DNA from: an uncultured Thermotogae bacterium
GTDB lineage: Bacteria > Bipolaricaulota > Bipolaricaulia > UBA7950 > UBA9294
DNA length: 64,000 nt
NCBI GenBank assembly: GCA_964466035.1
Contig: CAYXLR010000003.1
Coordinates: forward strand, 12,728-76,727
Reading direction: 5' to 3'
The position numbers were made by a program, and so were the translations under genes. The notes below the pieces were generated by a model. It had not been told where the DNA came from. It saw only the letters and a program-made list of their open reading frames with translations, and made no database searches. Positions 1 to 10,280 of this stretch are shown here, in pieces (the stretch's first letter is position 1; each line of letters starts with the position of its first letter).

Positions 1-33
1 TTTCCGTACTTCGCCGTCTTGTTCTCCACGGGT

Positions 34-795
34 TCACTCCTTCCGGATCTCGGGCACCTGACGCTTCAGGCCGCACAAGTGTATCCACGCATGCTCGGCC
101 TGGCGGCGGCAGACCTTGGTGTAGGTCCAGCGCTCGTTCGGGTCCTTGGTAGGGAAGCGGGTCGGGACGTGGACCGTCGCGCGCGCGGAGTACGGAACGG
201 ACAGCAGGTGCGACTCGGCAACGGCGAACAGCCGATCGATCCGATCGAGCATGTCCTCGCCGGCGAGCTCGTCCGGCTCGGGAAGGTCGTCATCGATCCG
301 CGAGCAATACCACCAGACGCAGTTGCCGACGTGCTCGAGCGTCTTGTCGATGGAGCGTCGGTCCGGCGCCGGCCTCCCAACGCGATCGGACGCGGACAGA
401 GGTTCGACCGCGTCCCGCATCCGATCGAGCACCCGGCGGACGAAGCGAAGGTGCGCGGCGATCGCGCGGTCATCGAGCGGACGAAGATCGTACCGGAAGA
501 GAACGGCGGCGTTCCCCGACTCCCAGACCGGCGCGCCGGCGACGTGCTCCGCGACGACGACCCGAAGAGCGGAGGAGCCCTCCGCGGTCCCCGGCGTGAG
601 ATCGGCCAAGCCCTCCGCGCGGAGCCACGCGGCGTACTCGGCGATCCGGTCCGACGCGATCGCCTCCGCTTCCTCGGCGTTGCGAGCGCGGAAGCAGAGG
701 CCGGGCAGCGCCGGGACGTGCCCGAGACAACCTTGGGTCCCTGCGTCCTCCACCAGAAGATCGAACGAGCTGCGATCGAACTTCGGTGTCATCCC
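34..795 (-). CDS. Hypothetical protein with N-terminal HicB-like (UPF0150/RNase H-like) antitoxin-fold domain
   Basis: Long minus ORF; the real start is probably the internal M (MTPKFDRSSFDLLVEDAGTQGCL...PALPGLCFRARNAEEAEA), which matches the HicB-like PxLPGC..G.T.EEA signature. The 340-aa upstream extension is low-complexity and likely artefact. Stop lies just downstream of the thioesterase gene on the same strand. Confidence 0.45.
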   Translation of the reverse strand, partial: GMTPKFDRSSFDLLVEDAGTQGCLGHVPALPGLCFRARNAEEAEAIASDRIAEYAAWLRAEGLADLTPGTAEGSSALRVVVAEHVAGAPVWESGNAAVLFRYDLRPLDDRAIAAHLRFVRRVLDRMRDAVEPLSASDRVGRPAPDRRSIDKTLEHVGNCVWWYCSRIDDDLPEPDELAGEDMLDRIDRLFAVAESHLLSVPYSARATVHVPTRFPTKDPNERWTYTKVCRRQAEHAWIHLCGLKRQVPEIRKE

Positions 796-1262
796 CGCTC
801 CTCCCCGTCCGGAAGGACGGTGAACGCCCGACGGATGGTCGCGGGGATCGCGCACGGCCGTCCGTCCTCCGCACGGACGAACACCCAGTCGGTCTCCCCT
901 CTCGCGAGGACGACACCGTCGGACGGACGCACGAACTCGTACCGCCGCAGCGATCGGACGCGCCGGCAGTTGGCGACCCACGTGCGAACCTCGATCCGAT
1001 CGCCCGCGAAGCCCGGGCGGAGGTACTCGATCCGGTGGGACCGCGCCACCCACGTCCCACCGGCGGCGCGCATCGGTTCAACGCCGCCGACCGTGGCGAA
1101 GTGCCGGACGGCGACGTCCTGCATCCATTGGACGTAGGCGACGTTGTTGACGTGCCCGTTCCCGTCGATCACGTCGTCCGGAACGACGATCTCTTCGCGA
1201 TGGATCGCTTCCTCTCGCGCATCTTGGCGCGTGGCTTCCGCTGCTTCACGTCGCACGTCCAC
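789..1262 (-). CDS. Hotdog-fold acyl-CoA thioesterase (4HBT/YbgC-like)
   Basis: C-terminal 138 aa of the 392-aa ORF carry the 4HBT signature DVIDGNGHVNNVAYVQW...IEVRTWV. The N-terminal 250 aa of that ORF are Arg/Gly-rich junk. The start is set at the first in-frame GTG upstream of the domain and is uncertain. Confidence 0.55.
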   Translation of the reverse strand: MDVRREAAEATRQDAREEAIHREEIVVPDDVIDGNGHVNNVAYVQWMQDVAVRHFATVGGVEPMRAAGGTWVARSHRIEYLRPGFAGDRIEVRTWVANCRRVRSLRRYEFVRPSDGVVLARGETDWVFVRAEDGRPCAIPATIRRAFTVLPDGEERG

Positions 1263-1351
1263 GGTTGGGATGCTAAAGAGGTGCGGCCGTCCGTTCAACC
1301 CGCGAGCCTCCGGGGGACTCGGGACAGCGAGCGGACTCGGGCCTCGCCGCG

Positions 1352-2785
1352 CTACTCGGTGTCCGGCCAGATGTCCCACTTCCAGGTGGTCTGAGCCTGT
1401 TGCCCTCCGCCGGGCGGCTTCCTCCCGTGAACGGTCGCCAAGCAGAGACGCTCCCCGTTGCTTCGCAGATGCACGATCCCCTTCAAGGACCTCGCGTAAA
1501 GCTCTCGCGTACCGGCGCGGAACTCCCGCATCTCCTCGCGCGACAACTTGCTGAAGCAGGCGGCGAGCTCCGTGCAGAAGACCGCCGGCCTGGGGTGCTT
1601 CGAGTAGCGGGTGATGGTCCCCATGAGAACGGCGCGCGGATGGCCGTGGGCGTCGTTCTTCGCGTCCCCCGACGAGATCACGGCGACGTTCGGCGCCAGG
1701 ACCTTCAGGAAGTCGAGCAGGAAGTGCTGGCTCCCGTGGTGGGCGGCCTTGTACACGTCGGCGGCGAGCTCCTTCGGATCCTCGATCGTCGCCGAGAGGT
1801 CGTGCAGGACATCCTCCATCGACGGCTCGTTCAGATCGCCGGTCAGAAGGATCCGGTTGTCGCCGTGGACCACGCGCAGCACGATCGAGTTCCCGTTCAC
1901 CGTCCGGGCGGCGTTCCCGTACCAGGGATACGACAGCTCGCCGTCCCTTCTCCTGGCCCGCGGCCAAAGGACTTCGATGGTCAGATACCGGTTGTCCGCG
2001 TCGAACGGCGGGACGTGGCCGTGCGTCCGGTCGAGGCGTCGGCAGACGAATCCCTCGGGCGGCAGATCGATGCGGGTGACTCGCCCTTTGCTCTCCTTCA
2101 TCCTCCGGACGACGACCGGAAGATTCTCCTCGGCCTTGTCGATCGCGGCGAGGAGACGCTTCATGAGGTACTTCAGCTCCGGACGACCGTTCACCGACGG
2201 ACGATCCTCCAAACCGAAGACGCGTTTGTTCGACGCCGATTTGGGCCCCGGATCCAGAGCGCCCTCCTTCCTCCGAAACAGGCCGTTATGGAAGACGCGC
2301 TTCACGGCGATTCGCGGGTGCCTGAGGATCTTGATCAAGCCATTGACGTGGTCGCTGTCGCTGTGCGTCGCGATCACGGCGTCGAAGTCGATGTAGTGGT
2401 CCCTCTTGTCGAGTCGGTACTTGTTGACGATGAATTCGAGCGCGTCGTCCGTCGCACCGCCGTCGACGAGGACGCGCCGGTCGTCCGGCGTCTGGATCAG
2501 GATCGAGTCGCCCTGATCCACATCGATGAAGTAGATTTCGAGCTGCCGCCTTCGCGTGATGTCCTCGGCAAGCGCGTAGCCGCTCCCTCCACGGTAGCGG
2601 ACCGGAACCCGCTTCGTGGACGGGATCTGACCGCCTGGGGCATCGATCTTCAGCCACTCTCCCAGAAGAACCTTCGCCGCCTTTGAGCTGCCTCGGGCCT
2701 TCTGGTAGATGTCGACGAGCGGCTTGTTGGCGTAGACGTAATCGGGGTATCGAGGATCCAAGATCCGACTCAGATCTTCGTGCAC
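1352..2785 (-). CDS. MBL-fold metallo-hydrolase (ComEC C-terminal-type beta-lactamase domain)
   Basis: HxDxDH metal-binding motif (ATHSDSDHVNG) and a downstream AAHHGSQHF motif typical of ComEC-type MBL domains. 477 aa with ATG start. Confidence 0.6.
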   Translation of the reverse strand: MHEDLSRILDPRYPDYVYANKPLVDIYQKARGSSKAAKVLLGEWLKIDAPGGQIPSTKRVPVRYRGGSGYALAEDITRRRQLEIYFIDVDQGDSILIQTPDDRRVLVDGGATDDALEFIVNKYRLDKRDHYIDFDAVIATHSDSDHVNGLIKILRHPRIAVKRVFHNGLFRRKEGALDPGPKSASNKRVFGLEDRPSVNGRPELKYLMKRLLAAIDKAEENLPVVVRRMKESKGRVTRIDLPPEGFVCRRLDRTHGHVPPFDADNRYLTIEVLWPRARRRDGELSYPWYGNAARTVNGNSIVLRVVHGDNRILLTGDLNEPSMEDVLHDLSATIEDPKELAADVYKAAHHGSQHFLLDFLKVLAPNVAVISSGDAKNDAHGHPRAVLMGTITRYSKHPRPAVFCTELAACFSKLSREEMREFRAGTRELYARSLKGIVHLRSNGERLCLATVHGRKPPGGGQQAQTTWKWDIWPDTE

Positions 2786-2978
2786 CTCCGCCTCCCTTCG
2801 TTGCTCGACGCCGTCCCCGCTCCGAGCGCGAGGCGCCCTTCCCGCGTTTGCCCTCGGTTACCTGCGCTGTTCGCCGTCCATCCTACGTGCTCAGGTGTTT
2901 GCCGAACAACCGCGAAGCTCGATGCAACCCGGAGGGACGAAGAAGCCGCGTCCGTCGGCTCGCGGAGCGGGCGTTCGT

Positions 2979-3620
2979 CTAGCGGAGAAGGGCCGCGGCC
3001 AGATCGGGGAACGACTCGTAGACCGGGCAGCCGGTTGCTCGCAGCCGCGCGGCGCTTTGATGGCCTCCGGCGATCAAGGCCACGGAGATTCCCAGAGCCT
3101 GGGCGACCTCGGCGTCGTGATCCGTGTCGCCGATGAGGATCGCGGAGTCCGGCCGGATGGCGAAGCTCGCCAGTAGCTCGCGGCCGCGTTCGACCTTCGA
3201 GTCCCCCTCCAGATGCGACAACCCGTAGACCGCCGCGAAGAAACCGTCGATTCCCAGGTGCTCGATCGTGGCGGAGAGCATCCGCTCCTCCATCGCGGAG
3301 AGCACGAATTGACGCACGCCGACGTCGCCGAGAGCCGCCAGCGCACGGCGCACGCCGTCGTGAAGCGGGCAAGACGGGAGCCCCGGTGTGTACGCCTCGA
3401 AGAACTCCGCCGACAGTTCGCTCATCGGCTCTCTGTCCGTGTCGAGGCCGATCCGTCGGTAGTAGTCGGCGACCGGGAAGCCGAACACGTCCCGATACCG
3501 CTCAACCGTCAGCCGAGGCAGCTCCCGTCTCGCAAGCTGCGCGTTCACCGAGCGGACGACCAGGTCGACGTCGTCGATCAGCGTCCCGTTGAAGTCCCAG
3601 ACGACCGCCTCGGCTACCAC
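2979..3620 (-). CDS. HAD-superfamily hydrolase (phosphatase)
   Basis: N-terminal DxDGTL-type motif (VVWDFNGTLIDD), GDTDHD motif III and size 213 aa. Confidence 0.7.
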   Translation of the reverse strand: MVAEAVVWDFNGTLIDDVDLVVRSVNAQLARRELPRLTVERYRDVFGFPVADYYRRIGLDTDREPMSELSAEFFEAYTPGLPSCPLHDGVRRALAALGDVGVRQFVLSAMEERMLSATIEHLGIDGFFAAVYGLSHLEGDSKVERGRELLASFAIRPDSAILIGDTDHDAEVAQALGISVALIAGGHQSAARLRATGCPVYESFPDLAAALLR

Positions 3621-4327
3621 GGAACCTCGTTCCCTTCCCAGTCGAGGAACTCGCCGCTGTCATCGGGCCCCAGCGACTCGATCACGCGCAGCATCCCGCC
3701 GATCGACTCCTCCGGCGTCATCGGAGCGTCCTCGTTGCGCGTCATCCGCGTCTGGACCCATCCCGGATGGAAGGCCACGACCTTGATTCCTGCGTCGCGG
3801 AGTTCGAACGACAGGCCCTTGGTGATCATGTTGAGGGCCGCCTTGCTGGCGCAGTAGCTGTACTTCCCGGGCCGATTCCACACCGAGATGCTCCCGTTGA
3901 GCGACGAGATGTTGACGACGATCGGACGATTTCCCGACTTCAGCAGCGGGAAGAACTTCTCGACCATCATCAGCGGCGCGATGCTGTTGACGAGGAAGGC
4001 TCGCGCCAGCTCCTCTTGGTCGAGTACGCCGAATACGCTTATGTGCTCCTCGTCGCCGGAGATGATCCCGGCGCTGTTGATCAGCATGTCGAGGCCGTCG
4101 ACTTCTCCGGAAAGCGCCTCGAAAAGGCTTCGACGCGACGCCTCGTCGCCGACGTCCAGCGGATAGATCGACAGCCGATCGCCGTGTTCCGCCTTCAGAT
4201 CCCGCAGGTCCGCCGAGCCCTCGGCGTTCCGGCTCGTCGCGATGACCCGGTCGCCCGCCTCGAGGAGCTGTCTCGCGAACTCCAGCCCGATGCCGCTGCT
4301 CCCCCCCGTGATCAGAACCGTCCTCAT
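3614..4327 (-). CDS. Short-chain dehydrogenase/reductase (SDR) family oxidoreductase
   Basis: TGGSSGIG Rossmann motif, catalytic YxxxK (YCASK) and NxxG. Overlaps the HAD gene by 7 nt, so they are likely co-transcribed. Confidence 0.8.
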   Translation of the reverse strand: MRTVLITGGSSGIGLEFARQLLEAGDRVIATSRNAEGSADLRDLKAEHGDRLSIYPLDVGDEASRRSLFEALSGEVDGLDMLINSAGIISGDEEHISVFGVLDQEELARAFLVNSIAPLMMVEKFFPLLKSGNRPIVVNISSLNGSISVWNRPGKYSYCASKAALNMITKGLSFELRDAGIKVVAFHPGWVQTRMTRNEDAPMTPEESIGGMLRVIESLGPDDSGEFLDWEGNEVPW

Positions 4328-4474
4328 CCACTCTCCTTCACGTTCTCACGGATTCAACGCTGAAGGGGCGCACCGTTCAGGCTCGGTCGGATCGAATGGA
4401 ACACGAGCGCGAAACGGCGAGCGTCGACCGTGCTCGAAGCCGCGCCTGAAACCTCGGCCGGGCCGGGCCGTGCG

Positions 4475-4591
4475 TCAGAGCTGCCGCTCCTTCTCGGCCC
4501 GCTTGGCCTTCTTCGCGGCGCGCTTCTCCTTGATCGACTTCTGGGCCTTCTTCCTTCCGCTTCGCCTCTGTTTGTCCTGCGATTTCGCCAT
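4475..4591 (-). CDS. Small highly basic protein (38 aa, MAKSQDKQRRSGRKKAQKSIKEKRAAKKAKRAEKERQL)
   Basis: Not in the ORF track because it is under 60 aa. ATG is preceded by AGGGGG 5 nt upstream. Lys/Arg make up about 50 % of residues. Sits directly downstream of the GNAT gene on the same strand. Confidence 0.3.
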   Translation of the reverse strand: MAKSQDKQRRSGRKKAQKSIKEKRAAKKAKRAEKERQL

Positions 4592-4654
4592 GACGCCCCC
4601 TAACGTGAAAGATGGATTCCCCAGTCTACCCCAACCCGCCGCGCGGAGCACCGG

Positions 4655-5560
4655 TCAACCGGCGAGCCCCAGCTTCCACGGCGTCTGCGAGCAGGTCGTC
4701 TCGAAGCCCATCGACCGGTAGAACGCCTGATCCGACCCGACGTAGGCAACCGTCGCGCCCTCGATGCCGCAGCGGCGAACCCCTTCGAGGACGACGGCGG
4801 CCCCGAGCCCCATTCGGCGGTAGTCCGGATCGGTCGCCACCGGCTCGACGTAGCAGACGCGGTTGCTGGGGTCCATCCACATGCCGCAGAACGAGACGTA
4901 TTCGCCGCTCGGCGCGACCGCCACGATGGCGAGGTCCCGGCGGAAGTTGGGCGCCGACAGCTTCCTCCGTCGAGATTCGAGCCCGTCCTCCGGCGGCTCC
5001 CCGGCGTGGTTGAAGCCGCGGTGCATGACGCGGTGGACCTTCCGGACGTCGAATTCGTCCGCGAGGCTCTGGATTCGGAACCCCTCGGGCGTCCGAATAA
5101 CGCAAAAAGGATCCGGAATCTTGAGCGTCGACGTCCGCTCGGCCAGGTCCGGTTTCGGCTCGTATCCGAGCTTCCCTGCGATCGCGTGGAGGCCCTCGTC
5201 CCGGTCGTCGAGGTAGACGTAGACCGCTCTCCCGTCCTTGAACTCGCCCCACAGTCGCTCTGCGGCGTAGTCGAGCATGTCGCGCTTGAGGCCGGCGTAT
5301 CGAGGATCGACCTCGAGGTAGTTCACGCCCCTCCGGTGCTCGAAGTGGGCGACCCCGACAATCTCTCCGCCGTCCTCCCAGACGCCGCACGTCCCGAGGT
5401 CCAGCCCGGACTCCTCGAGGAGCGGATGGTAGTGCATGTACTCCCACCGCGGCTGCAGCCAGTTGCGATGGACCGCCTCGGGATCGTAGGTGCGAACGAG
5501 GAATCGTCCGATCGCCTCGAAGTCCCGGTCGCGATCGTACGGACGTACACGTGTCTCCAT
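4655..5560 (-). CDS. GNAT-family N-acetyltransferase (about 300 aa, probably tandem GNAT domains)
   Basis: RRMGLGAAVV acetyl-CoA-binding motif near the C-terminus. Start is taken at the internal METRVRPY; the upstream 38 aa overlap the divergent GNAT gene. Confidence 0.6.
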   Translation of the reverse strand: METRVRPYDRDRDFEAIGRFLVRTYDPEAVHRNWLQPRWEYMHYHPLLEESGLDLGTCGVWEDGGEIVGVAHFEHRRGVNYLEVDPRYAGLKRDMLDYAAERLWGEFKDGRAVYVYLDDRDEGLHAIAGKLGYEPKPDLAERTSTLKIPDPFCVIRTPEGFRIQSLADEFDVRKVHRVMHRGFNHAGEPPEDGLESRRRKLSAPNFRRDLAIVAVAPSGEYVSFCGMWMDPSNRVCYVEPVATDPDYRRMGLGAAVVLEGVRRCGIEGATVAYVGSDQAFYRSMGFETTCSQTPWKLGLAG

Positions 5561-5648
5561 CTCGCGTCTCTCCCCCCTCGGAATCCGATGGCCGCATCCA
5601 GGGATCGTGGCCGCTTGCTTCTCGACGATCCGGTACACTGCGCGCATC

Positions 5649-6503
5649 ATGCCCACACTCCGCAGCGTTGACAAGGCACAGATCCACTGCGCGTTCCTCG
5701 AGGCGTTCGCCGACTACGCCATGGACGCCAGCGGGACGACCGAGGAGGGGCTCCTCCTTCGCATGCGGAAGAACGCCGTCGACTACGGCCTTTCCCCGGG
5801 GCTGTACGACGGAGACCGACTCGTCGGATTCACCCTGATCGGAATCGACACGTGGGGAGGGCGCCTCTCGGCCTACGACGCCGGGACCGGCATCGTGCCG
5901 GCGTTCCGCGAGCAAGGTTGGGCCAAGAAGATGTTCGAGCACGCCCTCCCGCCGCTCCGCGAGAGGGGCGTCGAGCGGTTCGTCCTCGAGGTCCTGCAGC
6001 AGAACGAGCCGGCGATCAAGGCGTACAGGAAGAGCGGATTCGAGATCGCACGCGCGTTGCGGTGCTACGTCGGGCAGGCCTCCGAGCTGCGGACGCTCGA
6101 CGCGCTCCCCGCCCTTGAGATCCGACCGATCGCGCGAGCGGACCTCACGAGACTCGAGCGGTCGGCCGATTGGATCCCGTCGTTCGAGAACCGCTTCTCG
6201 GCCGTCGATGCGACCCCCGATTCCGTTCAGCTCGCGGGGGCGTTCGTCGACGGAGTCTGCGTCGGGGCCACGGCGTACGCGCCGCCGCTCAACTGGCTGC
6301 TGACGCTCGTCGTCGACAGAGCGCATCGGAGACGCGGCGTCGGGACGGCGCTCGTCGCGCGTCTGGCCGGCACGCTGCCGGAGTCCGTGACGCGGCTATC
6401 GGCGCTCAACGTCGACGGAACCGACGCGGGGACGCAAGCTTTCTTCGAATCGTGTGGGTTCTCGCGCCTCGTCGACCAGTACGAGATGGTGCGGGACCTC
6501 TAG
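5649..6503 (+). CDS. GNAT-family N-acetyltransferase (two GNAT-like halves)
   Basis: [12 protein letters not shown] and [11 protein letters not shown] acetyl-CoA-binding motifs. Start is taken at MPTLRSV. Divergent from the other GNAT gene. Confidence 0.6.
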   Translation: MPTLRSVDKAQIHCAFLEAFADYAMDASGTTEEGLLLRMRKNAVDYGLSPGLYDGDRLVGFTLIGIDTWGGRLSAYDAGTGIVPAFREQGWAKKMFEHALPPLRERGVERFVLEVLQQNEPAIKAYRKSGFEIARALRCYVGQASELRTLDALPALEIRPIARADLTRLERSADWIPSFENRFSAVDATPDSVQLAGAFVDGVCVGATAYAPPLNWLLTLVVDRAHRRRGVGTALVARLAGTLPESVTRLSALNVDGTDAGTQAFFESCGFSRLVDQYEMVRDL

Positions 6504-7363
6504 GCGGCCGTCTCGGTCTCCGTCAGGCCCTTCTCCGCCGCCTCGACCGTCTGGGTGATCAGCGTGGCGATCGTCATCGGGCCGACGCCGCCGGGAACCG
6601 GGGTGTAAGCGGCGCATCGGTCGATCACCGCCGAAAGCTCGACGTCGCCGACCCCCCCGGGATGGTAGCCGGCGTCGACGACCACGGCCCCGTCCTGGAT
6701 CCATTCGCCCTTGATGAACTCGGGCTTCCCGACAGCGCCGACGACAATGTCAGCCTGTCTGACGATCGCCGGAAGGTCCTGCGTCCGCGAGTGGCAGATC
6801 GTCACCGTGGCGTTCTTGTTGAGGAGCATCACCGCCATCGGCTTCCCGAGGATCGGGCTCCGCCCGACGACCACGGCGTGCTTCCCCTCGATCGGGATCC
6901 CGTAGTGATCGAGGATCTTCATGATCCCGGCCGGCGTCGCCGAGCCGTACGCCGCCTCGCCCATCGTCATCCGACCGAAGCCGAGGCACGTCACCCCGTC
7001 GACGTCCTTCTCGAGCGCGATCCGGTCGAAGCAGGCGCGTTCGTCGATCTGCTTGGGCACCGGGTGCTGAAGGAGGATCCCGTGGACGTCCGGATTCGCG
7101 TTCAGCTTGTCGATCTCCGCGAGAAGCTCCTCCGTAGTCGCCATCTCCGGGAGGAGGAGCTTCAGCGACTCCATCCCGACCCGGTTGCACGCGTTCCCCT
7201 TCATCTTGACGTACGTCGCCGACGCCGGATCCTCTCCGACGAGGATCGTGGCGAGGATCGGCGTGCGGCCTCCGGATTTCTCCTTCAGCTTCGCGACCCG
7301 CTCGGTGAGCGACGCCTCGATCTGCTTCGACAATGCCTTCCCGTCGAGTACGACAGCGGCCAT
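6500..7363 (-). CDS. folD: Bifunctional 5,10-methylene-tetrahydrofolate dehydrogenase/cyclohydrolase
   Basis: Full-length FolD with clear family resemblance ([28 protein letters not shown]-like C-terminus). Start at [10 protein letters not shown]. Confidence 0.85.
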   Translation of the reverse strand: MAAVVLDGKALSKQIEASLTERVAKLKEKSGGRTPILATILVGEDPASATYVKMKGNACNRVGMESLKLLLPEMATTEELLAEIDKLNANPDVHGILLQHPVPKQIDERACFDRIALEKDVDGVTCLGFGRMTMGEAAYGSATPAGIMKILDHYGIPIEGKHAVVVGRSPILGKPMAVMLLNKNATVTICHSRTQDLPAIVRQADIVVGAVGKPEFIKGEWIQDGAVVVDAGYHPGGVGDVELSAVIDRCAAYTPVPGGVGPMTIATLITQTVEAAEKGLTETETAA

Positions 7364-7607
7364 CGGACCATCCTTTCTCAACTCAGGTGTCTCGCAGCAA
7401 TTTCCGACATCTAGTTCATCCTACCGGCGACCCGCAGTCTCAGCTAGTCTGCTTCAGCCATTCTCCACACTTTATACACGCCACGTTTCGGCGCTCCTTT
7501 GACGACGCAGGTCAGCGCTTCCTTCGCTCCGGGTTCGGCACCAACCGCAAGATCGCCGATGCAACGGTCGGCCCCGCGGTGATTCGGCTCACCTTCCTAT
7601 GCTGGAT

Positions 7608-8393
7608 TCATCCCCTGTTCCACGCGATGATGACTTTGCCTGGCTTCCAATCTGGTTCCGTCCTGTTCGGGAACTCCTCAACCTCGGTCGCTTGCCCGTG
7701 CCTCTCTTCGATCAGGATCTCCCATTCGCTCGCCGTCAAGAGGGTCGACCGCCTCTCAGCCCTCACCTTCCTGCCGGCGAGGAGAAGGCCCACTCTGAAA
7801 AGCGGCAAGAGAATCCTCGCTGGTATGGATCGCCATTTCTGGGGGGCACACAGGTCAACGACCACCGCTCTTCCTCCCGGCTTCAAGACTCTCATGAATT
7901 CCCGCAGCGCCTCTCGGATATTCGTATGCCGGATCGTGAACACGCACACCACCAGATCCTGCGTTGCGTCTTCCACTGGAATGTCCAGCGCGGAAGCCTT
8001 TCTCAAGACGACATTTTGCTCGACTTCTTCCTCCTTGACGCGAACCTCGGCCCTCTCGAGCATTGCATCGGATAGGTCGATCCCCAGGATGCTACAATCA
8101 TTGGATAACCGCTCGGCAATAGAGATCGCAATGAGACCGGTCCCCGTACCGATGTCGACAACCCTTTGTCCCGCAGTTAGGTGGCAGCGATCGAGGATTC
8201 GATCCACGAACGCCTCTAACGAAATACCAACATCTCTCCTGATGAGTTCGGCTTTGTCACTGTCGTAGCTGTCCGCCCAGGACTCATATTGCCGAGCGAC
8301 GCTGGTTTCGTTATCCACGTTCGTTCCCGCTTTCCTCGCGTTGAGGCCTTCACTGTTCGGCGTGCGGAGCGGCGGGAGTACCCTGCTCCGCAC
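7608..8393 (-). CDS. Class I SAM-dependent methyltransferase
   Basis: Motif I VVDIGTGTG and post-I acidic residue. Lies in a segment with visibly lower GC (about 55-58 %) than its surroundings. Confidence 0.6.
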   Translation of the reverse strand: MRSRVLPPLRTPNSEGLNARKAGTNVDNETSVARQYESWADSYDSDKAELIRRDVGISLEAFVDRILDRCHLTAGQRVVDIGTGTGLIAISIAERLSNDCSILGIDLSDAMLERAEVRVKEEEVEQNVVLRKASALDIPVEDATQDLVVCVFTIRHTNIREALREFMRVLKPGGRAVVVDLCAPQKWRSIPARILLPLFRVGLLLAGRKVRAERRSTLLTASEWEILIEERHGQATEVEEFPNRTEPDWKPGKVIIAWNRG

Positions 8394-8789
8394 GGATTGG
8401 CTTCCCGTCCTCCGCTAGGTTCAGAACGCCTTCTCTTCCCATAGATTGGCATCGTAACTCGCGCACGACACCGTACAGCCGTGCCCCTGTTCGATCCAAT
8501 TCATCGACCATGCCTTCTACCTACGCGATGCTCCATCCGAGACCTCTCGGCGGCGAAGGCCATCCGGTGGGACTCGAGCGACTCCTCCGGGCCGGACAGC
8601 ACGCGGCTTGGGTCGTCGCGGCGCACGGCGTCGACGAACGCCTCCATTAGCCCGGCGTCGCCGTGCCAGGCTGGGCGCTCGCTCGTCGGATCGATCGAGA
8701 GAAGCGCAGTCCGGATCCGGGGATCTTCGTTCCCAATCCGCTCCCTTCTGCAGAGCCGTCCAGTCGTCTCCGATCCCGCTGGAACGATC

Positions 8790-9257
8790 TCAATGCGTGT
8801 GCCAATCGTTGTACGGGGTTCCGAGTTCGACGGCCACGTAGACCTCCAGGACAGTCTGTCTTGCCGGGTCTGGTTCCTCCACAGCCCGCACGTCCATCGC
8901 CCGAATCCTCGCTTTGGCGGCCTGGAACGCTTCTGTAAACTGGGGATCTCGCATCAAGTCGTGGCGCGATCCGGTTTCACGATACGCAGGTCGAACGCGT
9001 CCGGTTTCTTCTCGAGCAATCCGAAACGCGAGAGCTGCCATCCGATGTGTCGCTCCCGGGCGCGAATGGCGCCCCAACCGCTCTCTGATGTTCCGGCTCC
9101 GCCCCACGTAGAGGTGCTTCGGCCCTTCAGAGAGAAGGTAGACTCCGGAGACCGGGAAGGTCCGCGGAATCGATCCGATTCGCACTGGATCCATCGCCAG
9201 AAGCCGCTCGAGCGATGGTTCCAAACTCGCGATGATCCGCTCAAAGGGATGAACCAT
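8790..9257 (-). CDS. GIY-YIG nuclease family protein
   Basis: GVYLL...LYVGRSRNIRERLGRH matches the GIY-YIG core. 155 aa. Confidence 0.6.
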   Translation of the reverse strand: MVHPFERIIASLEPSLERLLAMDPVRIGSIPRTFPVSGVYLLSEGPKHLYVGRSRNIRERLGRHSRPGATHRMAALAFRIAREETGRVRPAYRETGSRHDLMRDPQFTEAFQAAKARIRAMDVRAVEEPDPARQTVLEVYVAVELGTPYNDWHTH

Positions 9258-9990
9258 CTTCCTCTCCCATGGAGCGCGTCTTCGACGTCGACCGCTCCGC
9301 CTCTGTACGGGATGCCAAGCGACGGCCTACGTCCGGATTGCCGATCTCGTCGATCGTGAACGCCTTGCCGTGGCCGGAGTAGACGATCCGGACACCGAGC
9401 CGTTTCACCCGCTCGAAACTGGCCTCCAACGCCTCGGCGTCGTCGACGAGGGTGGCGAGCGACGGGCGGGTCCGGTTCTCGAGGAAGTCGCCGGAGAACA
9501 GGACGCCGTCGGCGGTCAACACGGCGATCGACCCGGCGGAGTGCCCGGGGACGTGCAGGACCGTCGCATCGAGCCCGTACTCGTCGAGCCGGTCGCCGTC
9601 TTCGAGGAAGATATCCGGAGTGAACCGATCGCGCCTGCGAAGCCGGAACAGCCGCATCGCCGGCTTCATCAACCGACGTGGCAACGACAAGGAACCTCGA
9701 CTGAGGAACATGTCGCCTCGTTCGACCGCCGGCGCCTCCGCTCTGTGCATCGCGATCTTCGTCCCGTACGCCTCGCGCAAGGAGGCGGCGTTGCCGCTGT
9801 GATCGGGGTCCCCGTGGGTGATCACGATCAGCCGGAGATCGCCGGGGCCGCAGCCCGCGGTGCGGAGCTCCGCTTCCAGTCGTGACCGGTCGAAGCGGAA
9901 TCCCGTGTCGATCAGGACGAAGCCCGTGTCGCCCTTCACGAGGTAGGCGTTGCTCATCCGAAGCGCGAGGGTTCGGATCGGTTCGGTCAT
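9241..9990 (-). CDS. MBL-fold metallo-hydrolase
   Basis: ITHGDPDHSGN (HxHxDH) motif and downstream H (VPGHSAG). Start at MTEPIRTL; the upstream part of the ORF is artefact. Confidence 0.65.
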   Translation of the reverse strand: MTEPIRTLALRMSNAYLVKGDTGFVLIDTGFRFDRSRLEAELRTAGCGPGDLRLIVITHGDPDHSGNAASLREAYGTKIAMHRAEAPAVERGDMFLSRGSLSLPRRLMKPAMRLFRLRRRDRFTPDIFLEDGDRLDEYGLDATVLHVPGHSAGSIAVLTADGVLFSGDFLENRTRPSLATLVDDAEALEASFERVKRLGVRIVYSGHGKAFTIDEIGNPDVGRRLASRTEAERSTSKTRSMGEEDGSSL

Positions 9991-10280
9991 ACTCCTCCCC
10001 TTCCGTGACGATCTTCCGAGGACGGCCGCTTCCCGTCCGTCGATCATGCTCGCTCCGGCCCACCGTGCGCAAGCCGCGGGGTCCGGTCTCCGGCATTGGA
10101 TCGATACGAAGCCCGTCGCCCGGCTGAAGCGTGGACGACGCGTCCCTCGCTCTCGAGAAGACGACTCCAATGAGGAAGCAGCCGACGTGTGGCCCACGTT
10201 GACTTCGCTGTAGATATGTGATAGGGACTGAGCGTGTTCTAGCTGGCAGGTTCAGCAAGAGAACATCTAGGAGGTCTACG

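Noticed and set aside
4626-6326. 566-aa minus-strand ORF spanning both GNAT genes
   Set aside because: Arg/Gly/Pro-rich, low-complexity translation that lies in the opposite strand or frame to two well-supported GNAT genes. This is a typical high-GC spurious ORF.
8481-9359. 292-aa plus-strand ORF
   Set aside because: It is antisense to the GIY-YIG and MBL genes, with a Ser/Arg/Pro-rich translation and no motifs. Only its first 300 nt lie in a genuinely gene-free gap.
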